A program made the position numbers and the translations under genes. A stretch of 64,000 bases of DNA from positions 15,748,001 through 15,812,000 of the forward strand of contig NC_043021.1 of the NCBI RefSeq assembly GCF_006345805.1. Reading direction: 5' to 3'. The number at the start of each line of letters is the position of its first letter. Position 1 is the stretch's first letter. This stretch comes from Octopus sinensis (lineage: Eukaryota). Shown piece after piece: positions 13,121 through 63,534 of this stretch. The notes below the pieces were generated by a model. That model did no database searches, had not been told where the DNA came from, and saw only the letters and a program-made list of their open reading frames with translations.

Positions 13121-13611
13121 ATATAATAATAATACATGTATATATTGTAAATATATATTATATATCATGTATATAATGTTAAATATATATATATCTATAT
13201 ATAATATATATAATGGTGTGTATATTATATATATATACATATATATATGTATTATATATATATATACATGTGTGTTGTAATATAGATATATATATATACA
13301 TATTATATGTTCAATATATATATATATATCTATAGATATACATATATATAGTAAATATATATAGATATATATATACATATATATATGTAAATATATATAT
13401 ATATATATATGTCAATATATATAATATATATATGATATCTATAATATATGTAAATATCTATATATATATATATATCCTATATATATCTATATGTAAATAT
13501 ATATATATATAATATATATATATGTAATATATATATATATATATATATAGATATATATATATATATATCTATGTAATATATATATATAATATATATAATC
13601 TATATATGTAA

Positions 13612-13644
<33 letters not shown>

Positions 13645-13705
13645 CTAATATATAGATAATCTCTAAATATATATATAGATATATTATCTATATCTATATA
13701 TATAG

Positions 13706-13739
<34 letters not shown>

Positions 13740-13812
13740 TATATATATATAGATATATTATATATATATCTAATATATATATATATATATATATCTATAT
13801 ATATATATATAT
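10880..13812. repeat. Very long imperfect (TA)n tracts flanking the LINE
   Basis: About 10880-11735 and 12930-13812 are almost pure A/T dinucleotide repeat. Confidence 0.95.
11737..12930 (+). mobile_element. 5'-truncated CR1/L2-group LINE (RT and 3' UTR) inside (TA)n tracts
   Basis: GVPQGTVLGPLMF, YADDTK, SRLDYCSQLWSP; 3' end aligns with the copy at 30140-30520; many 1-bp indels. Confidence 0.85.
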
Positions 13813-13984
13813 AAGTACATGTATTTTTGACATGCTCTTGCAAACTAGAATGTGAAAGGCATTTCCCTGTGGCACTGTGCCTCCTCACAACAGAGTTTCC
13901 CCCCCGCAACACTTTGAGGATAAAACATGTGTGAGTAAGTGTGTGTGTCTGCTTTGAGAATATGCACGAAATCATATGAGTGCT

Positions 13985-14018
<34 letters not shown>

Positions 14019-14160
14019 GTGAATCTGTGTACAGGATGTATGTATGTGTGTATGTATCATGAGAAAATTAACACATTGATGAAGGTGTGAAAGGGTTGTA
14101 TTTTCAATTTGACTGAGCTGAACTGCAAACAGCTTGATTTAAGGGCACAAATGGGATCTG

Positions 14161-51518
<37,358 letters not shown>

Positions 51519-52173
51519 CTGTAAAAGAGAAAGAAATTAAAAACAAAATCAATTTTCAATTTTGTTGTTTAACACCAGGTCAACCATTGATCTGATAGAC
51601 CTATGATCATAGGCATTCCAGCAGCAATGCCTATATATATATGTATGTGTATGTATGTGTATATATATATATATGTATATGTTTGTGTGTCTGTTTTTTC
51701 CCCACCATTGCTTGACAACTGATGCTGATGTGTTTACATACCAGTAACTTAGTGGTTCGGCAAAAGAGAACAATAGAATAAGTACCAGGCTTACAAAGAA
51801 TAAGTTCTGGAATCGATTTGTTCAACTAAAGGCAGTGCTCCAGCATGGCCACAATCAAATGACTGAAACAAGTAAAAAAGTAAAAGTGTATATACATGCA
51901 AACACGTACATGCATGCATATATGCATACATGCACACCTACACATGCATACTTACATATACATGCACATACACACATACATACATACATGCCTGCATGCA
52001 TACATACATACATGCCTACAGGCATACATACATATATACATGCATGCATGCATACATACTTGCGTACATACATACATACATACATACATACATACATACA
52101 TACATACATACATACGTACGTACGTACATACATACATACATACATACATACATACATACATACATACATACAT

Positions 52174-52857
52174 GTCTCTTGGACACTGTATAATGAAATC
52201 TGTCAGAAGGATAATCTTAAGGACAAAGAAATAAGAACCCACAATATGGTAGAATAAAAAGGAATACTGGTGGAATGTCCCAGTGAAGACCTCAATAAAA
52301 TGTAAGCACAACAGACCTGATTTAATGATTTGGGATAGAGAAGAGAAACTGTGCACAATTGTGGAAATTAGTTGTCCAGCAGATGTTAACATAAAGCTGA
52401 AGATCAGTGAAAAAGAGAACAACTATGCTAAACTATTGAGAAATCTGAAGTTACTCTATCCAGATTACAGATTCAGGTTTATACCTGTAATTATTGGGGC
52501 CCTGGCCTGTGTAACACACTGTCTAAATACCAGTCTTGAGAAATTAGGCTTCTCAAAACCAGAAAGGAGAAAGTTAATTCAAAGACTACAGATCCAGTCT
52601 ATCACTGGAACTGTAAAAATCTGTAAAACTTTCCAGAAGTTTATCATTTGAATATATATGAGCATGTCTAGACATGCAACTATATGTATGAGAAGATATA
52701 CATATAACATACATACATACATACATACATACATACATACAAACAAAAATACCCTGTTGTTGATGTTGAAATTCCAATGAAGGAGTCTTGGATCTAGGGA
52801 AGAAACTGTTTCTTTCTCTATTGGCAAGAAATCTTGAAATAAAACTGAACAATGACA
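52174..52857 (+). mobile_element. 5'-truncated RLE non-LTR element of a second family, embedded in (CATA)n
   Basis: WWNVPVKTSIKCKHNRPDLMIWD...VEISCP...KENNY...IPVIIGAL; 3' UTR with AATAAA near 52838; exact 3' end uncertain. Confidence 0.85.
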
Positions 52858-52869
52858 TATGTACATATA

Positions 52870-53743
52870 CAGGGTGTCCCAAAAGTCACTGATGGGGTTT
52901 CAATTTTTAATAACTTCCTTAAATTTACAAATAAATGCATTAACTTTTGATACAATATAAAGGACATAATGGAAATTAATATGCACAAGTCAAATTTTGA
53001 AACACCACTAAATCACTTAAATGGCTGCCATTTCGACTTCACACACCCGTGCTCTTTCCAAGACTTGCACCATAATACCCTCAAAAGTTTCGGACCCTTC
53101 TTCTCTGATTTCTCTATTGATGTTCTCCTTCAGTTGCACCAGGGTCTCTGGTTTGTTGACACAAACCCTCTCCTTCAGATATCCCCAGAAGAAAAAAATC
53201 CAGGCTAGTCAAGTGTGAGGAAAAGGAAGGCCAGTTGACATTGCCGTAGTGGGAGATTATTCTCTCTCCAAAGCACTGCTGTAGCAGCTGCATTGTTTCT
53301 CTTGTGGTATGAACAGTTGCCCCATCTTGCTGGAAACATGTGTGAGGTCTACTTTGAGTGGCCTTCATGTTCCCCAGACTTGACCAGCCCGGATTTTTTT
53401 CTTGGTTGGGGACACTTGAAAGAGAGGGTTTACGCCAACAAACTAGAGACCCCGGTGGAACTGAAGGAGAACATCAATAGAGAAATCAGAAAAGTGGGGT
53501 CTGAAACTCTTGAGGGTGTTATGGTGCAAGTTTTGGAAAGAGCACAGGCATACAAAGCTGGAAATGGCTGCCATTTAAGTGATGTCATTTTTCATATGTG
53601 ATGTAGGGGTGTTGCAAAATTTGATGTGTGCATATTCATTTCCATTATGTCCCTTATATTGTATCAAAATTTCAAGCATTAATTTGTAAAGTTAAGCAAA
53701 TGATTAAAAATTGAAACCTATCAGTGACTTTTGGAACACCCTG
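52870..53743. mobile_element. Tc1/mariner-superfamily derivative made of two inverted transposase 3' ends
   Basis: TA-CAGGGTGTCC...GGAACACCCTG-TA; FQQDGA and WPS...LTS.DFFL on minus; WPSCSPDLTSPDFF...GHLKERVY on plus. Confidence 0.88.
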
Positions 53744-53994
53744 TACAAAGCCATCTGATTGAATTGATCAAAATTCTAGTCAATGATTTCTGTTTCTGAG
53801 AACCAACGCTTTTTATCTTAGACATGTGTTTTTTTTTTATTAAACCATATGATTATACATGCATTATCCAGTGCATGTGGTATAGAAATGCATGTAGGAT
53901 AAATATAGAGCTTCTAATCTCACCTTATCATATCTGAACTTTTATTATTGTATAGAAGTACAGAAAATGATAAAGAAGGAGAACAATAAGATGC

Positions 53995-54785
53995 GTGTGA
54001 GTGTGTGTGTGTACTTGTTTATGTATGTGCGTATAAGTGTATGTGTGTGTATATATATATATATGTGGGAGGGGGTATGCATATGTGTGAATGTGTATGT
54101 ATGCATGTATATGTATATACATATGTTTATATATGTGTATATATATGCATATATGCATGGTCATGTGTGTATGCATGTTTTTGTATATGCTGTGTGTATG
54201 TGTTTATATATGTGTATATGTATGTGTGTGTATGTATGCATGTATAGGTGTATGTTTATTTATGTATGGGTGTGTGTATGTGTGTATGAGTGTATGTGTG
54301 TGTGAATGTATATCTGTATCAATATATCTATGGATGTATGTATATATTTACGTGTGTACATATGTAAATATCTATGTATGTGTGTGCATATATGTGTGTG
54401 TGTATTTATGTAGATATGTATGCATGCATGTATCTTTGTATGTATGTGTCTATATATCTATGAATGTACATATATATTTATGTATATATGCATGAGTGCA
54501 TGCATGTATATGTATGCATGTGTGTATATATGTATTCATATGTATCTATGTATGTATGTAAGAGTGTATGTTTATATATGTATGAGTGTGGGTTATGAGT
54601 TCCTGGGTGTTATGAATGTATGTATATGAGTGTATGTATATCTCTATATATCTATGAATGTATGTGTATATATGTATATATTTATGTATGCATGTGTATG
54701 TATATGTGTACGTATGTGTGTGTATTTATGTAGATGTGCATGTATTTATATATATGCATGTATGTGTATATGCATATATGTATGA
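53995..54785. repeat. Compound (TG/TA) low-complexity tract
   Basis: Direct inspection; source of YVCM-type ORFs. Confidence 0.9.
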
Positions 54786-55329
54786 TATAAAGCAAAGAGC
54801 CATCCAAATACTTAGAGACAATACGAGATGTAAACAGGTCATTTAACGACCTTTGAACAGTTGACATATCTCTATTGTAAACACATTGATACCAACAAGG
54901 CTGAATTCGTAGATTTACCCTACATTTTCAAACAAAGCAATGAGAAGAAGAGCCTCAGTACAGTCACTCAACATGCTAGAAATATTAACCAAATCTCACT
55001 CAAATTACACATAATTTTATGAAAATCAAAGTATTTATCACCAGCCTCATTATTTTCAGTTTGGTTTTTGTGTCTATCCTCACCTGTGGTCATAAATTTT
55101 GGGTAATAATCAGAAGATTTTGATCGTGAATAGAAGCAGCTAAAATTGGGTTCTTCTGAAGCAGTGGTTCTCAACCATTTTTTCCCATGGACCCCTTTGA
55201 TTCCTGTTTTACTCAGGGAGTTAGATCCTCATAACCATTCAATGTCTAAAAACTCCTATTATATTTTTATGATTAGAAATTGTATAAAAAAATGTTTTTT
55301 ATACAGAGTTTTAATATTTCTTGAGCTTA

Positions 55330-55775
55330 AGGTTCAATTCCAGTGTTTCCATTTTCTTGTACATGTAGTTTCAAGTTGTTTGGATGTTTGTACCTCAAAT
55401 GTGTCATACAATACTTCCATGGGGATTTCATTTCACATGACTGTTTTTTTTTTCCATGAATTGTTTTTTAAGTTGGCTAGTATGTCTTTTATTTTTAATA
55501 TTTTTTTCCTTTTACCAGGAATAACATTCTTCCAATTTGTTCAATAATTACACTGTCCTCCCAGTTTTCTTTACTATATCTATAAGTTTTTAAAAAAATT
55601 TTGTCACCTAACTTGAAGAATTTTGAAATATTTTTGTTGTGAGCCATTTTTCTATTTTCACCCGGTATCAACTTACTAAAAATGGATCTGATCTTTCTCG
55701 CAAACATCGATTCAGTGGGTGACATTCCAGACAGGGTATTCAGATTAGGTGTTGCTCGGTATACTCTTAGAAATT
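55330..55775 (-). mobile_element. Gypsy integrase C-terminal fragment
   Basis: FLRVYRATPN...GMSPTESMFARKIRS...FKLGDKIF...W...GRMLFLV. Confidence 0.75.
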
Positions 55776-57059
55776 GTAGAAAGTATTCCAGTGGAAGTTG
55801 GTCAAGAACCAGTTGAAGAAATTATAAGCCTCACATATTTGTGAAGCACAGTGACAAGCAATGGCAGATGTAAGCTACAGAATTGGCAAGATAGTAGCAG
55901 TATGCTTCTATGGAGAATTTCCAGTGACACTCACTGCCACAAAGACACCCCACCTCTTAGGGCTCATTTCTCAATGAAGTTGCAGTTATCCTGATTTTGT
56001 GTAGGAAAACGGTAATGTAGGGTCTCAGATGACTTGAGGTCTTAACCGTGACTAGCACAAACTGGTAGTGGCTGGTCAGGCTCTTGTATTTGTTTATCTC
56101 CCTCTTCTCTGTGTTACAAGCAGAAATACTTGGATGAAGGGCCGTGACCTGGCTGAATCGTTAGCACGCTGGGCGAAATGCATAGCCGTATCTCATCTTG
56201 CGTTACGTTCTGAGTTCAAATTCCACCAAAGTCGACTTTGCCTTTCATCCTTTCGGGGTCGATTAAATAAGCACCAGTTACGCACTAGGGTCGATATAAT
56301 CTACTTAATCCCTTTGTCTGTCCTTGTTTGTCCCCTCTATGTTTAGCCCTTTGTGGGAAATAAAGAAATAAGAAATACTTGGATAATGACAGAGTATTTC
56401 ATTACCAATCCACTTTAGGTTGTAGAGGTATGGTGAATTTCAACCGTGTTTCGTGGTCTGCTACCACAACAGCTCCTTTATAGGATCCAGTTAGCTCAAG
56501 ACATCATCGGGAGGAACCACGTCCGGTTTTGGCCCCTACTCCTCTACCGTTTTGACGTGGCAGGGCCCCATCTTTCAGAGGTGTCTTCAGCTCTGGTGTT
56601 GGGTGCATGTCTTCTTTCTTCTGTTCCCTGGCCTCTTTGATGTAGCGTCAATGGGTGTCAGCGGGCGACTGACTGTCTAGTCAAATTTCCCTTTAAATAC
56701 CTGCTGCTAGGCTCCAGCAGGCAGCCCCAGCAAGTTGTCATGTGACACTGTCTCAACTTTAACTGACCGATGAAGGCGCGTAGTCTTAGCCCATGCATTC
56801 TCTAAACGAGACTGTCACCTGTCAATCAGCGAGGCTAATTCAGTGTCAGCTTACTGGGTATTAACGGTGTCTGATAACAGCATGGTTACATAATTCCATG
56901 TGTTTGTCAGGGGTGGCAGGTATGGAAAAAGAATCACACTAACTGTTCTCGGTTACTGGAGGTAAAAAAAAAACCCACCTGCAGTTCCTGCAGTTTATGG
57001 GTGTTATGAAAAAAGATAAAACAAACTGCACAAGGCTTCATCAAGAGTTATGTCCCTTA

Positions 57060-57335
57060 GTCCCAAAGGTCTCTCTGAGATGTAAGTCTACAAGACTTAG
57101 GAGGACCTCACCAGCACCATGAATTCCCTTGGCCACAGAGTCACAACAGAGACCAACTTGAACACAGTGGACATCCTTGGAATGACATTGGACTTTTAAG
57201 ACACTGAAATAGAGGCTGACAAAGCTTAACAGCTTTCTGTCATTTAGCCATAATGTCCAAGAACCTGGTACAGAGTGTCAGCAGAAGAATCGCCAGTCTG
57301 TCTGCATTAATGCGTTAATGTTCCAAACACTGAAT
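57060..57335 (+). mobile_element. Possible Penelope-like RT fragment
   Basis: TETNLNTVDILGMTL and RRIASLS resemble PLE RT thumb motifs; heavily decayed. Confidence 0.4.
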
Positions 57336-57371
57336 GTATATAGAAAAACAAGCACGGAAAGAAGTTTTTTT

Positions 57372-57699
57372 GGATCTTTTCCTTTTGAACGGCAGTTTTC
57401 AACACAATTTCTAGTTAACTAAACACTCTTAAACTTCGTATACTGGTAGAATGTGTCAAAATAAAACATTGTTGTCTCAGTTTTAGACACAGCAAATGAT
57501 TTTAGCTAAATAGAGAACATAGGATTGGTTAAAATTCGAAAAATTAAACTACGTTAAACTTACAAATTACAATTTTCTCAAGAAAGCCAAGAGAAAGAAA
57601 AATGTTTTATTTTGACACATTCTACCAGTATACAAAGTTTAAAAGTGTTTAGTTAACTAGAAATTGTGTTGAAAACTGCCGTTCAAAAGGAAAAGATCC
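57372..57699. mobile_element. MITE/foldback element with ~99-bp TIRs
   Basis: 57372-57470 is the reverse complement of 57601-57699 with few mismatches. Confidence 0.85.
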
Positions 57700-58235
57700 G
57701 GTTTTTTTTTTACATTTATTCAATACATTATTACACATATTTAATGTACAAAAATGTCCATTATGCATGGTATTAGCTCACAATCAGATTACCTCCCTAA
57801 ATCATCAGAGTTTGCATAACAAACTAACTAACAAAATATTTGCCATAAGATGTTCTATAGCAGTTCAACAGACACATCACTTCAATATAATCTGATTTCT
57901 CTCATGATTAGGTTCAAAGAATATATTTAAATACTGCTGAGGGGAGTAGTTTTCTTATCACAATAGATGTGATAGTACGTTGAGCCGCCATGCTGTCTGC
58001 TACAATAGATAACAACAGATCTAAGATATCGGCTATCAGAGCTAATGGTGATTTTATTTTCATTTTCATTTGATCAAAAGTATACAGTTAATAAACACCC
58101 ATATGCACACTCTGTTACATCTGTTTGCTGAGCAGTTTCTACAACAACTCAAGCTGCTGCCTTTGAACAGAGTATGGATGCACAGGTTTTCTTAAAATCA
58201 TCACTGTAGTAATGTGCGGGCGCACTGTAGCAAGG

Positions 58236-58650
58236 TGCAGGAGTGGCTGTGTGGTAAGTAGCTTGCTTACCAACCACATGGCTCCGGGTTCAGTCCCGCT
58301 GTGTGGCACCTTGGACAAGTGTCTTCTACTATAGCCTCAGGCCGACCAAAGCCTTGTGAGTGGATTTGGTAGACGGAAACTGAAAGAAGCCTGTCGTATA
58401 TATGTATATGTATATATATTTATGTGTGTGTGTTTGTGTGTCTGTGTTTGTCCCCCCTCCCAACATCGCTTGACAACCGATGCTAGTGTGTTTACGTCCC
58501 CGTAACTTAGCGGTTCGGCAAAAGTGACCGATAGAATAAGTACTAGGCTTAAAAAGAATAGGTCCTAAGTTCGATTTGCTCGACTAAAGGTGGTGCTCCA
58601 GCATGGCCGCAGTCAAATGACTGAAACAAGTATAAGAGTAAAAGAGTAAG
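58236..58650 (+). mobile_element. SINE family A
   Basis: Full-length copy. Confidence 0.9.
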
Positions 58651-60392
58651 ACAAAGCTGTCTCTTGTCACCAGTGTTGTTTCTGATGGTCATCAGTTTTT
58701 TGTTTATGCAAAGATCAATGGTGGGACCAGCTGTAGACATACTATGGACAGCAAAGGAGCAGCTAACAGGCTTGGGTTTTGCCAATGACATTCCCCTGTT
58801 GGCTGAGAATCACCCAACGTTATAACAAGAAATGGCAACAAAAATGTAAAGGGAAGTGGCAAAAACTGGGTTGTGAATCAGCAATAAAAAAAAAGAAAAG
58901 TAATGCAAGCTGGGGAAACAAGTAGAAAGTGTTCCAGTGGAAGTTGGATGAGAACCAGTTGAAGAAATTATAAGCCTCACATATTTGTGAAGCACAGTGA
59001 CAAGCAATGGCGATGCAGAGACAGATGTAAGCTACAGAATTGGCAAGATAGTAGCAGTATGCTTCTATGGAGAATTTCCAGTGACACTCACTGCCACAGC
59101 GACCCCCACCTCTTAGGGCTCGTTTCTCAATGAAGTTGTAGTTATCCTGATTTTGTGTAGGAAAACAGCAATGTAGGGTCTGAGATGACTTGAGGTCTTA
59201 ACCGTGACTGGCACAAACTGGTAGTGGCTGGTCAGGCTCTTGTATTTGTTTATCTTCCTCATCTCTGTGTTACAAGCAGCAATACTTGGATAATGACAGA
59301 GTATTTCATTACCAATCCAGTTTATGTTGTAGAGGTATGGTGAATTTCAACCGTGTTTCATGGTCTGCTACCACAACAGCTCCTTTATAGGATCCAGTTA
59401 GCTCAAGACATCATCAGGGTTTTGGCCCCTACTCCTCTACCGTTTTGATGTAGCGGGACCCCTCTTTTGGAGGTGTCTTCAGCTCTGGTGTTGGGTGCAT
59501 GTCTTCTTTCTTCTGTTCCCTGGCCTCTTCGATGTAGTGTCAACAAGTGTCAGCAGGCGACTAACTGTCTAGTCAAATTTCCCTTTAAATACCTGCTGCT
59601 AGGCTCCAGCAGGCAGCCCCAGCAAGTTGTCATGTAACACTGTCTCAACTTTCACTGACCAATGAAGGCGCGTAGTCTTAGCCCAAGCATTCTCTAAACG
59701 AGACTGTCACCTGTCAATCAGCAAGGCTAATTCAGTGTCAGCTTACTTGTTAAAGTGTTGGACTCGTGATCACAAGATTGTGGTTTCAATTCCTGGACCA
59801 GGCGATTTGTTGTGTTCTTGAGCAAAACACTTCATTTCACATTAATTCCAGTCCACTCAGTGGCAAAGATGAGTAATCTGGCAACAGATCTACATCCTGT
59901 CCAGGTAGAGAATATGATTGAAACTGGGGAAACCAGCCTTATGAGTCTGTATGACTCGGGAAGGAACTTTATTTTTTTATTATCAATTTAGGTTTGGATG
60001 AGTTTGTCAAATTCCAGAAATAGACGAAGCAGTTTTTATCCTCTTCTTTGCAACCACAACTGAGATGCATTTCACAGCACCACAGCACACCAGGTATTTC
60101 TGTCCTCTATTAGCTTTGACAGGTTTTCAATGTCATGGTGTCGTAGAGGTGTGTGGCTTAGTGGTAAGGACGTTGGACTCATGATCGTAAGATTGTGGTT
60201 TCGAATCCTGGACTGGGCAATGCATTGTGTTCTTGAGGAAAACACTTCATTTCATGTTGCCCCAGTCCACTCAGCTGGCAAAAATAAGTGATCCTGTGAC
60301 AGACCGACATTCCATCCAAGTAGGGAATGTATATGCCATGGAAACAGGGAGTGGATTTGTAGATGGGAATTGAAAGAAGCTCGTTGTATATA

Positions 60393-61654
60393 CAGGGAGT
60401 GATGGGTAAATTGTCACCATTTTATATTCATAATTTCACACATACACATTGTTTGTTTTTGATTTTGTTGACTATACAGTCTAGTAGGGTCAGTTGGGCA
60501 CTGTCTGTGAGAGAAACAGCCCCATGATGCAATTTACTCTGCCAGAAATTTGGAAACAACATGCTGTACTGCTTGGCATTTGCACCGGAAGCTCTAATAT
60601 GAACATTTCAGTGTTTGGGTGTCAATCTGAGGAAAATCCAGAGAATTTAGAAAGAGTTGGATGAGTCTAGTGGTGATTATGAAGGTACAGCAGCTAAGAA
60701 AACTCACTCTAATCATTCTGATAAGAAAAGAACTCCTGAATTTCTTGGTGAGATCCAGGCCATGAATGACAATGATTCCTCCAAGTCAATCAGGTCCATC
60801 GTCAGGGACATGGGAGTGTCTGAGTTTCTTATCAGTCAGGTAGTGCATGAAGAATTTGGTATTCTCTTGCAAGATAAGAAAGGGCCAATTTAAATCCCAA
60901 GTTATCAAGGACAAGAAGAAAGACCGTGCTATGCAGCTTTTGAATAAACTCAAGCATCACCACCAACTGAACATGCTTTGGTTTTTCTCAGATGAGAAAA
61001 ATTTCTTCCAGGATCAGATGGTGAACATACAGATCAACCATCGGCTTGCTGTGTCCCCAAAACATGTACCGAGAATGATAAAAATTAAGCATCCATTCAA
61101 CATCATGGTGTCTGGAGTGATCCCTAGTGATGGCAACATTATGCAACCCTTCATCTTCCCACACAGCCTCAGACTCAACACAGACGCCTATATCAAGTGC
61201 CTGGAGCAAGTAGTGCTGCCCTGGGTCAAGAGGGTGGCTACTGGAAGACCCTATGTCTGACAACAGGACTCTGCACCATGCAACACATGGAGAACCCAAT
61301 CATGGCTGTCAAACAATTTCTGCAACCACATCACCCCTAACATCTGGCCACCTAACTCCCCAGACTGCAAACCCCTTGATTATTATGTGTGGGATGCAGT
61401 TGAGCGAGATACCAACAAAATCCCTTGTAACACCAAAGATGAACTGAAGGCAAGGATTATGGCAGCATTCACCAACTTAAACAAGGAGACCGTCCAGAAG
61501 AGCTGCGGGAGATTCCAAAGTCATCTGGAGGCTGTGGTTGAAGATATTTCAAGATATTTTTATGTAATTTTGGTAAATATATCTGTTAAAATGAGATATT
61601 GGTGTTATCTTCATTTTTGTGTAATTTAGATGACAATCTATTCACCGCACCCTC

Positions 61655-61657
<3 letters not shown>
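60393..61657 (+). mobile_element. Decayed Tc1/mariner-superfamily (maT-like) transposon, near full length
   Basis: WFFSDEKNF, IMVSGVI, QQDSAP, WPPNSPDCKPLDYYVWDAVER; degenerate TIRs with TA flanks. Confidence 0.85.
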
Positions 61658-61705
<48 letters not shown>

Positions 61706-63534
61706 TTATATCTGTGTTTCTCCCCCACCCCACATAACTGTTTGAACAACTGGTGTTGGTGTGTTTACATCCCCATAACTTAGCAATTCAGCATAAGAGA
61801 CCAAGAGAATAAATACCAGGCTTTTAGAAAATAACTCCTGGGCTTGATAAAAAAAACATCCCCCTTTTCAAGCCTAGCCAGGCTCATGGGCCAGGTTTCT
61901 GTGGCGTATGTGTTCTCCCCAGCTGGATGGGATGCCAGTCCATCACAGCATTACTCAAGAAACAAGAAGAGAGGGTGAGAGAAAGTTGGGGTGAAAGAGT
62001 ACAACAGGGGTCGCCCCCCACCTGCCGGAGCCTTGTGGAGCTTTTAGGTGTTTTCGCTCAATAAACACACACAACGCCCGGTCTGGGAACCGAAACCACG
62101 ATCCTCCGACCGCAAGTCTGCTGCCCAAACCACTGGGCCATTGTGCCTCCACATCCTGGGCTTGATACATTCAACTAAAAATTCTTCAAGGCAGTGCCCC
62201 AGCATGACCATGGGCTAATGAGTGAAACAAGTAAAAGATAATGTAGCAATAAAATCAAGCATTTAAAATATTATCTGACCCTTTAACACTCAGGTTTCTC
62301 AGTCAAATGTAAAGCTTATTCATTCACTTTGTTGTGTCTGGGGAGAGTCATTTTCTTTTGTAACACACTCACCGGTAAAATTTCCACTTATTTCTTATTT
62401 TTATTTTCCTAAAATTTTCGTTGCGTTTTGCAACCGTTTCAATAGTCTTGACTCTTATTTATTCACATTATTTTTGAATTAATCATGCATTATCTCCTAG
62501 CTTCGAGAGTTAGCTGATGTGGCTGTTTACTTTTAGAATGACATTGTAGGGTAAGTAGGAGAAGCCAGATCTGGCCAATTTGAACATAAAACAGGTAGAA
62601 TATTTAGGCTGGATATGACCAGTATAAATACTTAAGTGGGGTTAAACCCTTTTAACACCAACCCACCTGAGACTAGCCCTGGCTCCATGATATAAGCATC
62701 TTGGTATAACCCTTTTGTTACCATATTTCTGTTGAAATGCACAAACCTTTATTTCTATTGATTTCATAGACAATGAAAAATTTATCAAAATAACATTGTC
62801 ATAATTAAGCATGTGCTTGGAACATAATTTATATAAAATTTTGATGGATGTTTTAATTTAGAACCTTTTAATTCTTTAGATACTGTTTGTTTGTTTGTTC
62901 CTTCTCGAGCCATGCCTGGTTCATAAGGGCCGTTTTCCCAGTTTCTTTGGCATATAGGTTCCTCACCTGGACGAGACGGCAGTCCGTCACAGGTGAGATG
63001 CTAGATGCAGGAGGAAAGAGTGAGAGAAAGTTGTGGCAAAAGAGTCAGCAGAAGTTCGCCATTACCTTCTGCCGGAGCCGTGTGGAGCTCAGGTGTTTTG
63101 CTCATAAACACACACATCGCCCGGTCTGAGATTTGAACCTGCGATCCCTCAACCGCGAGTCCACTGCTCTAACCACTAGGCCATGTTCCTGAACCTGCCT
63201 GAACCCCTCCTCCAGATCTGACTCTATGATATAAATTTCCTGTTTAAGGTAATATCAAGTAAAACCTTTCAATACTTGGTTGGTATTGTATTTTATCAAA
63301 CCTGGAAGGGTGAAGAACAAAGTTGACCTCAGTGGAGTTTGAACTCAGAACATAAAGACAGATGAAATGCTACCAAGAACTTTGTCCAGCATGCTAATGA
63401 TTCTGCCAGCTTCCCACCTTAACAATAAAAGTAATAATCCTTTAAGCTATAGACTAAAGGCCCGAAATTTTGGGGTCGTGGATAAGTCAATTACATTAGT
63501 TCCAGTGTTTGACTGGTACTTAATTTATCAACCT

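Noticed and set aside
10875-13975. Long YI/IY-rich ORFs (10875..11459, 12872..13378, etc.)
   Set aside because: Translations of (TA)n microsatellite; no coding signal.
51835-54867. HTYI/YVCM-type ORFs
   Set aside because: Translations of (CATA)n and (TG/TA)n tracts.
55019-55123. Signal-peptide-like mini-ORF MKIKVFITSLIIFSLVFVSILTCG...
   Set aside because: It is on the plus strand, opposite to the gene that lacks its signal exon. It is only 34 aa with no splice donor, so likely chance in AT-rich DNA.
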